A stretch of DNA of 64,000 nt, from positions 1-64,000 of the IMG/VR virus record IMGVR_UViG_3300045988_039373; one strand, given 5' to 3'. Position 1 is the first letter of the stretch; every line of letters begins with the position of its first letter. Below, in pieces: positions 55,950 to 64,000 of the stretch. The notes beneath the pieces were generated by a model that worked only from the letters and a program-made list of their open reading frames with translations, did not search any database and was not told the DNA's origin. Position numbers and translations under genes: made by a program. Source of the stretch: a virus.

Positions 55950-56315
55950 TTAATCTACATCTTTAAGATTTCTGAGTTCTGAGATTTCAGCCTTCAAAGC
56001 CTTAATCTCTTCGTAAAGAAGTTTAATACCTTCGATTGCCAGAGTAGACATCTTATGGTACTTAACTTGTTTTACCAATACATATTCTTCACCGTCGATA
56101 ACAACCGTTTCGAATTCCTCAGGATTAGGAACTGAATCCTTAGTTCTTGGGTCTTCTTCCACATAATGGTTAAACCCTGCTGCTTCCAAACCTTGTGCAA
56201 TGGTACCTTCATCTTCCTTACCATCCATGATAAAGGATTCTGTAGGTATACTGCAAATCTGTTCCAAAGTATGGGTTAATGGTTTGATGTTAGATTTCAA
56301 TCTTTCATCGGAAGA
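55950..56315 (-). other. Peptidase S74-type intramolecular chaperone / autoproteolysis domain of the fibre.
   Basis: GFWKESSDERLKSNIKPLTHTLEQICSIP, followed by a terminal helix LLYEEIKALKAEISELRNL. The Ser-Asp codons are at 56307-56315. Confidence 0.7.
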
Positions 56316-59300
56316 CTCTTTCCAGAAACCGGAAGGAGCAGTAGTCTTAGCAAATACTACCTGGTCAGTAGTTGCCAATCCCAATTGAGCTCTAGTTACT
56401 GTATGAGGATTATCCTTTCTACCTGCATGACTATTGATAGAAGTCTGAGCAGTAGTACCTGCAGCCTTAGCATCAGCAATAGCAGTAGCTTGAGCAGTAG
56501 ATACTGGCTTATCAGCATCAGAAGTATTATTAACATTACCCAATCCAACCTGAGTTTTAGTAACTGTATGAGGATTAGATTTATTGGCAATGTGATTATT
56601 TACCTTAGTTTCTAAGGCAGTTACATCTGAACCAGTATCGGCAATCAAATCGTCAACGTAAGTTTTCAATTCTGTACGAAGAGCATTGATGGCATTAGTT
56701 CTATTGGTAATCTCATTTGCCAACCCCTGTACGGTATTATCCAAGTTAGTCTTATCTGCTGCAGTCATTACACCTGCAGTAGTCTTAGTTGCTGCAAGTA
56801 TATCTCTAATTAAATCTGTAGCACCTTCATAAGTCTTACCCTCTGCACTCTTAGTTTTATTATTAAGAGTAGCTCTTACATTAGTTGAATTATGGGTAAG
56901 AGTGAATCCAGTAAGAATAATTCCTGGAAGAGAACTATTAAAGGTATCATGAGCATTATCTTTTGCAATACGGGCCTCTTGTTCAGCTTCAATAGCATCT
57001 GGTAAGGTTTGATTAAGCTTTATTACACTATCGGCATCCATCAGACCAGCTTCTTGAGTAGTGGCTGGGGTTAGAGGGATTACCATCCCATCGGGTTTAT
57101 CAATGTAATGCCCTTGACCATCCGTAGCAGAATAGTTACATAAGATAATAACATTACGCTTATTTTTGTTAGCTATTGAAACCTTACTAATTAAATTTTT
57201 AGGCATGCTAGATACCACATCCTCAAGATGCTTACCTCTACTACCTTCGAAAGCAGTACCTGCGATTTCCCCAATGATAAGAGACGAAGTATTACTGTCT
57301 ACGAATTTAGTACCTGACCAACGGAATTGGTATGGAGGTTCACCATCGGCAACATTTATATAAATCTTACCAGATTCTCCAACTACGGGAGTTTGGTGAC
57401 CTGCATCCGTATACAATTGAACATTAGTAAGACCTCCAGTGGGGCTTACATCATAGGTAGCATATACTTCAAGTACATCATCTACATATGAAGGCAAATG
57501 GTTAGCAGGTACTAACCCCTTCCCATCCAATGGAGCAAAGCCATCAGCCTTACCCTTAGTTGCTACAAAGGCATCATGTTTAGCTTCTAGAGTATTAATA
57601 TTATTCTGTAACTTAGTTTCAAGGGTAGTATCTGCCGCAGTTCTATCGGCAATCTCCTTATCAATCCTTGCACCCAATGCAGTATCAGCAGAAGTACGAG
57701 CAGTTGCTTCATCGTTTACAGCTTTAGTAAACTTGGTATCTAAAGCAGTATCTGCAGCTTTTCTATCAGCTACTTCTTGAGCAAGAGCGGCTTCTGATTT
57801 ACCGTCCAAAGCTTCGATAGCATCTTTACGGTCCTGAACCTCTTGAGCAATAGCATTGGGTAATGTCTCATCCAGATTAACTTTATCTTGGGCGGTCATT
57901 ACACCAGCTTTCTCTGTAGTAGCTGCTGGGATATAAGTAGTCTTATAATCTTCAGGCTCATGAGTATAAATACCCTCTTCTTTTTTAGAAGAGAAATTAT
58001 GAGTTAAAGTAACATGACTGCTTTGTTGACCTACCTCAACTGGTTTATCACCAGATAAGATAATAATATTATCTGGTATAGAATCAAACAGCTTCTTATC
58101 TGCTGCAGTTTGTACACCAGCTTTCTCTGTAGTAGAGGCAGGCAATGTAATAGGATTCTGTTCTACTGTACCATCTTCAACTACGGTCTTAGTAGCAGCT
58201 ATGCCAACAGTAGTTTCATTGGGAGTTACTGCACCAAGGGCAAAGTTAGCAGTAGAGATTCTATCCAATTCTACCTTATCTTTCGCAGTCATCGTACCAG
58301 CCTTAGTAGCCGATACCTGAGGCAAATCGAAAGTTTCGGTAGTATCAGCATTCAAACCGTTATCCTTAGTTACGGTTACTGTTACCTTATTAGCATCAGA
58401 AGCTGCAGAGAGATCAGTTAAAGAATTTGGGTCTAACCCATCTAACTTAACCTTGTCTGCTGCAGACATAACTCCAGCAAGAGTTTGAGTTACCGGAAGT
58501 AAATTCTTGGTAGCTTCTACTTCTTCACCATATTGGTTATTTGCCTTATCCTTGGTTGAAGTCTTTACTTTGAAAGAAAGCTGAGTATCTGTTCGGGTTA
58601 CAGTACTAACATCGGTAACCATGGTGTCTGGCAAAGCATCGGAAGTACCTTCTTCAGCTTCCAATCTTTCTTCATGGTCATCGGTAATGTTAGTGAATTT
58701 ATTATCTAAGGCAGTATCAGCATCGGTTCTGTCCTGAATTTCTTTATCGATACGTTTACCCAAAGCTGTATCGGCAGCAATACGGGCAGCTTCTTCTGCA
58801 TCGATGTTATCCTGGAGAACTTTATCTGCGGCCTTTCTTTCCTCTCTCTCTGTATTAAGGTCAGAAGTATTCTGATCAATCTTTGCTTCCAACCGAATAT
58901 CTTCAGCTTTACGAGCAGCAATTTCGTTATTTAACAGATCCGTAATGGCCGTATAATTACCATTGATATTATCCTGAATACCCTGGATTAATTCCAGGTT
59001 ACGTTGGATATTAGCAGTATTCTGAGTTACCAGAGCATTAGTAGCATTCAGGGAAGTTAACAACTCTGTACGAGTTTCACTTACAAAAGTTCTCAGCTCA
59101 TTTACCGTAGTAGTAAGAGTATTACTCAGGTTAGTGAATGATTGTTGTAAAGTATTATCTCCCTGTTCTCGTAAGTTCTTTTCGGCTTCAAGCTTATTCT
59201 CCAACTCTGTAAGCTTAGCAGTCATAGTTGCTGCAAAGTTGGGGTCATCACCGAGAGCCTTAGCAATCTCTGCCAAAGTGTCCAATACTTCAGGGGCTGA

Positions 59301-62114
59301 ACCAATAATCTTTTGGATTGCAGCCTCTACTTGTTCTGCATTCTGAAAGTCAGAATCGTTTAATAACTGAGAAACCTTAGTGATATAGTTTGCATGTTCT
59401 TCGATGCCATCCAACTTGGCATACAGCAAGTCAGTGAAATCATTTGAAGAAAGTACCTTGCCATCTACCTTATCTACCTTCTTATCGTCCATTGCCTGGT
59501 CTGCAGCAATTCTATCTGCTTTCTCCTGAGCAACAGCATTACTGATAAGAGTATCTTGATTAGCTCTTTCAGTTGATTCTTTATCGATATTGGTTTGAAG
59601 TAAAGTATCTCCAGCTAAGCGGTCATTCTTTTCGGTAAGGATATCCTTATTAATACCAGCCATATCATCCTTGTGATTCTGAAGGTTGGTATCAATCTTG
59701 GCCTCAAGAGAAGTCTCTTTGGCAATTGCTCGGTCTTTCTCTGCATTAATAGCAGTAGTGTTGGCATTTACCTTTGCTTTTAGTTCATTCATAGCATCGG
59801 TATTACCTGCCTCTAGAGAATCAATACGAACTCCCAAAGCATTATCACCAGCAATACGATTTTCCTTTTCTTGTTCAAGCTTAGTGTTAATATTACCTAC
59901 TTCGGATTCCAAAGCTTGTTTGGTATTATCCAACTTAGCAGTAAACTCAGTACTCAAAGCTTTATCAGCTGCAGTACGGTCTGCTACTTCTTTATCTAAG
60001 TTAACCTGGAGAACTTGGTCGGCAGCCTTTCTTTCTACACTCTCAGTATTAAGGTCGATATTGAGAGTATCGATACGAGAACTCAAGGCACTATCAGCAT
60101 TAGTACGATCAATGATTTCTTCGTTAATCATATCCTTAACTTCCTTGTAGTTATCACCTACAGTCTTAGTTAAGTTTGTGATTGCCTCTGAATTTCTTTC
60201 AATACTATGTTGGTTAGTGGCAATAGCAGTAGTATTTGCATTTACCTGCTCAGTAAGCTCATTACGCAATGTATTGATAGACTCTTGCATACTCAATGCC
60301 AAGTCTGAAATACGTTGGTTAACGTTAGCCAGACTTTGAGTATAGGCTTCATCTGCAGTCTTTCTTTCGGCAATCTCTTTATCCAAGCTAGATTGAATTG
60401 CGGCATCTGCATCTTTACGGTCTTGGATTTCCTTGTTAAGATTGTCTTTTACAACTCCAAGAGCAGCATCACCAATAGCAGACTTATTGTCTACATATTC
60501 TTTCAGTTTAGTTTCAAGAGCTGTATCAGCATCCTTACGAGCTTGAACTTCAGCAGCTACCTCAGCACTGTTTGCCTCATCACCCGCAATTCGGTCTTCG
60601 ATTTCTTGGTTAACCTGTTCTGTGATTGCAGCCAATTTCTTGGTAATGGTAGCAGCAAAGTTGGGGTCATTTCCAAGGGCATCAGCAATTTCCTTAAGAG
60701 TATCAAGTACTTCTGGAGCAGAACCAATAATCTTTTGGATAGCTGCATTTACCTCTTCCTCAGTTTGGAAACCAGAATCGTTGATAAGCTGAGAAAGATG
60801 CGTAATATAATTTGCCTTTTCCTCAATTCCATCAAGTTTAGCTTTGAGTATATCGGTAAAGTCATTCTTAGTCAAAGAATAGCCTTCACGTTTATCTACT
60901 TTCTTAGTATCAAGATCTTTATCACCTTTTTCTCTAGCAGCAGCCTCGGCAGCAATAGCATTAAGCAATTGCTCCTTGTCTTCTACACCCTGCTCTTTTA
61001 CATCTTCGATTTTGTGTTCAAGAACTAAATCCTGAGCAGCACGAGTAGTAGCCTCTGAATCGATATTGTTCTGTAATACTTGGTCTGCAACAGTACGGGC
61101 CTGAACTTCTTTATCAATATTACCTTGAAGAGCATTATCTGCATTGGTACGGTCTGTTACCTCTTTAGAGATTTCATTGTGAAGAACTTGGTCCTCAGAA
61201 TGACGGTCTACCTTCTCTTGGTCAATTTTACCTTGAAGAGCTAAAGTATCTGCCTGGCGATTAGTGATTTCTTCGTTAATCTTAGAATCCAGTACAGTAT
61301 CTGCGTTAGTACGATTTGCAGTTTCTTCTGCAATCTTTGACTCAAGGGATGCCTTATCATTGATATGGAGAGTTTTAAGGTCATTTACACTTTCCTTAAT
61401 CTCATTATCGGCAGCAATACGTTCATCTTTTTCCTTTTGGATAAGATCCTTGAGTTCCTTCTCAAGTTCACCATTACCTTGATTTACCTTATCTTCAAGG
61501 TCTTTGATATCTTCAGCATTCTTATCTACCTTCTTCTCAACTCGGTCGATTTCAGCTTTTAAGTCTGCCTTAACGGTATCAATCTTCTTATTGATTTGGT
61601 CTAACCCATATTCTAGGTTATCCTGAACTGCAGCTACTGCAGCACCCAGAGCAGCTTCGGCTTCCTTAGCACGATTAACCTCTTCGGTTAAAGCAGTACG
61701 AAGGTCGGTTAATTTATTAGTGATAGTAGTTGCAAAGTTGGGGTCATTGCCCAATGCTTCTGCCAACTCTTTAAGAGTATCAAGGGCATCATCAGCACCA
61801 TCAACCAAATCACTAATCATCTGTTTAACTTCTTCCTCAGTTTGATATTTCAAATCATTCTCAAGCTGAGAAACTTTAGTGATATAATTTGCATGTTCTT
61901 CGATGCCATCAAGTTTAGCCTTCAACTCATCGGTAAAATCATTTTTCGATAAGTCGTATCCTTCTTTCTTATCTACCTTATTCTTGATAGAAAGTACGAA
62001 GGCCCAGAACTCATTTATAGTTCCCCCAAAGCCAGCACGAACAAAGTCATCATAGTAACCCTGTAACAACCGCTGGTCAATCTCTTCGCAGGTGTAATAT
62101 TTACTTACATACAT
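55950..62114 (-). CDS. Giant fibre protein (2054 aa): coiled-coil repeats, AGxMxAxDK repeats and a C-terminal S74 intramolecular chaperone domain.
   Basis: Three LSxNDFTDxLKAKLDGIEE modules, an ExxxRxxADxxL periodicity of about 17-18 aa, six AG(V/T/L)M(S/T/D)AxDK motifs, and SSDERLKSNIKPL near the C-terminus. Confidence 0.85.
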   Translation of the reverse strand: MYVSKYYTCEEIDQRLLQGYYDDFVRAGFGGTINEFWAFVLSIKNKVDKKEGYDLSKNDFTDELKAKLDGIEEHANYITKVSQLENDLKYQTEEEVKQMISDLVDGADDALDTLKELAEALGNDPNFATTITNKLTDLRTALTEEVNRAKEAEAALGAAVAAVQDNLEYGLDQINKKIDTVKADLKAEIDRVEKKVDKNAEDIKDLEDKVNQGNGELEKELKDLIQKEKDERIAADNEIKESVNDLKTLHINDKASLESKIAEETANRTNADTVLDSKINEEITNRQADTLALQGKIDQEKVDRHSEDQVLHNEISKEVTDRTNADNALQGNIDKEVQARTVADQVLQNNIDSEATTRAAQDLVLEHKIEDVKEQGVEDKEQLLNAIAAEAAAREKGDKDLDTKKVDKREGYSLTKNDFTDILKAKLDGIEEKANYITHLSQLINDSGFQTEEEVNAAIQKIIGSAPEVLDTLKEIADALGNDPNFAATITKKLAAITEQVNQEIEDRIAGDEANSAEVAAEVQARKDADTALETKLKEYVDNKSAIGDAALGVVKDNLNKEIQDRKDADAAIQSSLDKEIAERKTADEAYTQSLANVNQRISDLALSMQESINTLRNELTEQVNANTTAIATNQHSIERNSEAITNLTKTVGDNYKEVKDMINEEIIDRTNADSALSSRIDTLNIDLNTESVERKAADQVLQVNLDKEVADRTAADKALSTEFTAKLDNTKQALESEVGNINTKLEQEKENRIAGDNALGVRIDSLEAGNTDAMNELKAKVNANTTAINAEKDRAIAKETSLEAKIDTNLQNHKDDMAGINKDILTEKNDRLAGDTLLQTNIDKESTERANQDTLISNAVAQEKADRIAADQAMDDKKVDKVDGKVLSSNDFTDLLYAKLDGIEEHANYITKVSQLLNDSDFQNAEQVEAAIQKIIGSAPEVLDTLAEIAKALGDDPNFAATMTAKLTELENKLEAEKNLREQGDNTLQQSFTNLSNTLTTTVNELRTFVSETRTELLTSLNATNALVTQNTANIQRNLELIQGIQDNINGNYTAITDLLNNEIAARKAEDIRLEAKIDQNTSDLNTEREERKAADKVLQDNIDAEEAARIAADTALGKRIDKEIQDRTDADTALDNKFTNITDDHEERLEAEEGTSDALPDTMVTDVSTVTRTDTQLSFKVKTSTKDKANNQYGEEVEATKNLLPVTQTLAGVMSAADKVKLDGLDPNSLTDLSAASDANKVTVTVTKDNGLNADTTETFDLPQVSATKAGTMTAKDKVELDRISTANFALGAVTPNETTVGIAATKTVVEDGTVEQNPITLPASTTEKAGVQTAADKKLFDSIPDNIIILSGDKPVEVGQQSSHVTLTHNFSSKKEEGIYTHEPEDYKTTYIPAATTEKAGVMTAQDKVNLDETLPNAIAQEVQDRKDAIEALDGKSEAALAQEVADRKAADTALDTKFTKAVNDEATARTSADTALGARIDKEIADRTAADTTLETKLQNNINTLEAKHDAFVATKGKADGFAPLDGKGLVPANHLPSYVDDVLEVYATYDVSPTGGLTNVQLYTDAGHQTPVVGESGKIYINVADGEPPYQFRWSGTKFVDSNTSSLIIGEIAGTAFEGSRGKHLEDVVSSMPKNLISKVSIANKNKRNVIILCNYSATDGQGHYIDKPDGMVIPLTPATTQEAGLMDADSVIKLNQTLPDAIEAEQEARIAKDNAHDTFNSSLPGIILTGFTLTHNSTNVRATLNNKTKSAEGKTYEGATDLIRDILAATKTTAGVMTAADKTNLDNTVQGLANEITNRTNAINALRTELKTYVDDLIADTGSDVTALETKVNNHIANKSNPHTVTKTQVGLGNVNNTSDADKPVSTAQATAIADAKAAGTTAQTSINSHAGRKDNPHTVTRAQLGLATTDQVVFAKTTAPSGFWKESSDERLKSNIKPLTHTLEQICSIPTESFIMDGKEDEGTIAQGLEAAGFNHYVEEDPRTKDSVPNPEEFETVVIDGEEYVLVKQVKYHKMSTLAIEGIKLLYEEIKALKAEISELRNLKDVD
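56745..58495 (-). repeat. Region of the fibre gene carrying six dispersed AGxMxAxDKxxLD motif units.
   Basis: LAGVMSAADKVKLDGL, KAGTMTAKDKVELDRI, KAGVQTAADKKLFDSI, KAGVMTAQDKVNLDET, EAGLMDADSVIKLNQT and TAGVMTAADKTNLDNT. Approximate bounds. Confidence 0.55.
59202..59474 (-). repeat. Fibre module copy C (about 270 bp direct repeat).
   Basis: DKVDGKVLSSNDFTDLLYAKLDGIEEHANYITKVSQLLNDSDFQNAEQVEAAIQKIIGSAPEVLDTLAEIAKALGDDPNFAATMTAKLTEL. It shares the 20-nt run gaaccaataatcttttggat with copy B. Confidence 0.8.
60625..60896 (-). repeat. Fibre module copy B (about 270 bp direct repeat).
   Basis: DKREGYSLTKNDFTDILKAKLDGIEEKANYITHLSQLINDSGFQTEEEVNAAIQKIIGSAPEVLDTLKEIADALGNDPNFAATITKKLAAI. Confidence 0.8.
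61701..61970 (-). repeat. Fibre module copy A (about 270 bp direct repeat, more divergent).
   Basis: KKEGYDLSKNDFTDELKAKLDGIEEHANYITKVSQLENDLKYQTEEEVKQMISDLVDGADDALDTLKELAEALGNDPNFATTITNKLTDL. Confidence 0.75.
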
Positions 62115-62125
62115 ATTTATAAAAT

Positions 62126-62551
62126 TTAAGGATTAATTACTGAACGTTGACGACCCAGTAAGAATTCCGAATCTATATCCCTGAATGGTTCTCCCTCTGA
62201 ACCACAGAAGGCATTCATTGGTATATTCGGATTTTCTGGATCTACATCTCCACCGTCTTCTATATCCCCCCGAATACAAGCATAATCAGGAAGCTTATTT
62301 ACACGGAATTTCATTACCTGGCCTATACCAGGATGAGGTATTATTTTATCCCAGATATCACCGAAGTAATCTTGAAAGCAGGTGACAAATTTGTTTCCGG
62401 TCATTGATTGAAATGCCGTTACATCATTGCCATTACCTTTCATTTCAATATGAACTCCAGATGTACCATTAAGGATAACCAGATTACTATCAAACCAGAT
62501 TCCACTGGAAGTAGTAATTGGGGTCCACCTCAGTACTAACATCTTTGCCAT
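62126..62551 (-). CDS. Hypothetical virion-module protein (141 aa).
   Basis: ORF track; ATG at 62549-62551. Confidence 0.65.
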   Translation of the reverse strand: MAKMLVLRWTPITTSSGIWFDSNLVILNGTSGVHIEMKGNGNDVTAFQSMTGNKFVTCFQDYFGDIWDKIIPHPGIGQVMKFRVNKLPDYACIRGDIEDGGDVDPENPNIPMNAFCGSEGEPFRDIDSEFLLGRQRSVINP

Positions 62552-62563
62552 ACACTTAATGTT

Positions 62564-63040
62564 TTATTCTACAAATTCAATTTTGGTATCTCGGTCTCTC
62601 TTTAGGATAACCATGAAAACTAGGGCCTCATCCTTTGCCTGAGCAGTCTGAGTATCTCCAGAAGGCTTATACGTTATACCATTAATTACAAACCTATCTT
62701 GTTCCCAATTAAAATCCCAATAACCCTCCGGTGTAAGATAACCGATTTGTTCTATATAAGATTTAGAAATTAGTATTGATAAGTTTTCGTCATCCAATTC
62801 TCCTGAGACGGTTGCCTTGTTGATAGGCCAGTTTCTGAAAGCATTGTAGTAACACAATGCTTCGATTTGGATGTTATAATATTTAGGTATACTGTCTTCG
62901 GCATGACTGAGAAGCTGATTAACATGTTTGGCCCAAGTTATGGTTTGTCTACCAGCATCCCAATCTAAGAAGTCAGTGATAATTTTCTTGTATCTATCCC
63001 AAGAGCGGTTCTTTACCATTCTCCAGGGTTCTTTTGTCAT
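62564..63040 (-). CDS. Hypothetical virion-module protein (158 aa).
   Basis: ORF track; ATG at 63038-63040. Confidence 0.65.
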   Translation of the reverse strand: MTKEPWRMVKNRSWDRYKKIITDFLDWDAGRQTITWAKHVNQLLSHAEDSIPKYYNIQIEALCYYNAFRNWPINKATVSGELDDENLSILISKSYIEQIGYLTPEGYWDFNWEQDRFVINGITYKPSGDTQTAQAKDEALVFMVILKRDRDTKIEFVE

Positions 63041-63933
63041 AACTTAGTTAAGATTGATTTCTTACCACCTTTTACTGGAGCACTTGGGTTGGGTCCATCT
63101 AATACTCCAGGTTGCCTTCTGTTAACTACTTTAGGAACTACGGTTCTGAATACTTCATCACAGAATGGTAAGTAGATTTCCAATCGTGAAGCTAACATAC
63201 AAAGGTTCTTTCTTAATTCATCTATTAATCCACCTGGTTGCATTGCTTGAGAAAGTGTTTTCCATAGGGAACTTGTAGCATCTGCCAAGGTATCATAATA
63301 TTGCACTTCAGTAGGCCCAGTAGTGATTTGTTTAATCCTATCACCTCGGGCAAGTTCGGGTTTAGAAGTACCATCACCAGTTTGTTCTTTGGTAGAAGTT
63401 AATTGACTTAAGTATTCGGAAGTACTCGTTAATAGATTAAGTATCTTCACATTGAGAAAATCCCAGGCAGCCAATTCCATTATTAATTGGTTTTCTAGTG
63501 CTTCATACCATAATTCATCCGTATACTTATCTGGTGCAATTGTATGGTTTACTAGAGGTCCAATGTAATATTGCCACTTAGTGATGTAAATAGATTTCTC
63601 TTCCCTGGTCATCCCATCGGATATTTCTGAAGGGATATAATGGTCGATTAAGTTATATATTGTATCGGCTAATGCCGTATGCCCATAATCACAAACTACC
63701 AGAGTCTTATCTACGGTGATATCTAAACCGCTAGAGTTAGTTACATGTAATGTTACGGTATAGAAACCGGGAGTTTCATAAGAATAGGAAACATGTCTTC
63801 CACCATTGAAAACCTCTCCCTTATCATCGCCAAAGTCCCAGTCAAAAATAGATTTGGCCGGGACTTTGGATATGACTCTGAATGAAACTTCCAGACCTGA
63901 CGTAACGTACAAAAAGTCCAGATTGTTATTCAT
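63037..63933 (-). CDS. Virion protein with an N-terminal PKD (Ig-like) domain (298 aa).
   Basis: FDWDFGDDKGEVFNGGRHVSYSYETPGFYTVTLHVTNSSGLDITVDKTLVV is a classic PKD pattern. Confidence 0.7.
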   Translation of the reverse strand: MNNNLDFLYVTSGLEVSFRVISKVPAKSIFDWDFGDDKGEVFNGGRHVSYSYETPGFYTVTLHVTNSSGLDITVDKTLVVCDYGHTALADTIYNLIDHYIPSEISDGMTREEKSIYITKWQYYIGPLVNHTIAPDKYTDELWYEALENQLIMELAAWDFLNVKILNLLTSTSEYLSQLTSTKEQTGDGTSKPELARGDRIKQITTGPTEVQYYDTLADATSSLWKTLSQAMQPGGLIDELRKNLCMLASRLEIYLPFCDEVFRTVVPKVVNRRQPGVLDGPNPSAPVKGGKKSILTKL

Positions 63934-64000
63934 ATTAGTCTGTCTTATGTAATTTTCATAGATTACCCTTTAGAAGAGGATTCGAATTCTTCCAGCAAAG

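Noticed and set aside
55950-62114. Regularly spaced repeats that could be mistaken for a CRISPR-like array or a DGR template/variable pair.
   Set aside because: The repeats are in-frame coding modules of one long ORF, spaced 1.1-1.4 kb apart with no spacer-repeat architecture. No reverse transcriptase or cas genes are present in the window.
63976-63992. tRNA T-arm-like sequence GAGGA TTCGAAT TCTTC near the window end.
   Set aside because: No matching acceptor stem (tttgctg-type) at the expected distance. No D-arm GG and no anticodon arm could be built. The region overlaps the start of CDS 63037-63933 and is partly an EcoRI/ttcgaa-type palindrome.

Overview
The window is a contiguous piece of an AT-rich tailed dsDNA phage genome with a contractile tail (myovirus-type sheath, tube and baseplate). 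The host is most likely in Bacteroidota. Three things point there: promoter boxes match the TAnnTTTG -7 element, I saw no Shine-Dalgarno sequences upstream of starts, and several virion proteins carry BACON-like or PKD Ig-like domains. I call about 80 genes, and all but one (33413-34066) are on the minus strand, tightly packed with many 1-20 nt overlaps. There are three blocks. (i) 1-11.3 kb holds small early genes, including a striking set of extremely charged low-complexity proteins, a NusG/UpxY-like factor and an HTH protein. (ii) 11.3-33.3 kb holds replication, recombination and nucleotide metabolism: SbcCD-like nuclease, FEN, RecA/UvsX-like, gp32-like SSB, family A DNA polymerase, SF2 helicase, DnaG-like primase, DnaB-like helicase, dUTPase, a ThyA-family enzyme, a MazG-like NTPase and two HNH homing endonucleases. 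(iii) 34.2-64 kb holds the tail module: tail fibre, holin-like gene, gpI/J/W/V/D-like baseplate, LysM protein, tape measure, tube, sheath, connector-like genes, Ig-repeat proteins and a 2054-aa fibre with an S74 chaperone domain. I saw no tRNA, rRNA, CRISPR array, integrase, reverse transcriptase or capsid, portal or terminase genes. The best leads are: (a) a T4-style cytosine-replacement nucleotide module built on two tandem ThyA-fold genes; (b) the individually promoted and terminated genes for poly-acidic, Lys-rich and AT-hook proteins; (c) phage-encoded transcription machinery (NusG-like, sigma-like, a 5-copy promoter box and many intrinsic terminators inside operons); (d) a Gly-zipper, Cys-triplet virion-module gene with no ATG start, overlapped by an upstream ATG mini-ORF in the -1 frame. 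All functional calls are by-eye motif recognition and none has been checked against a database.
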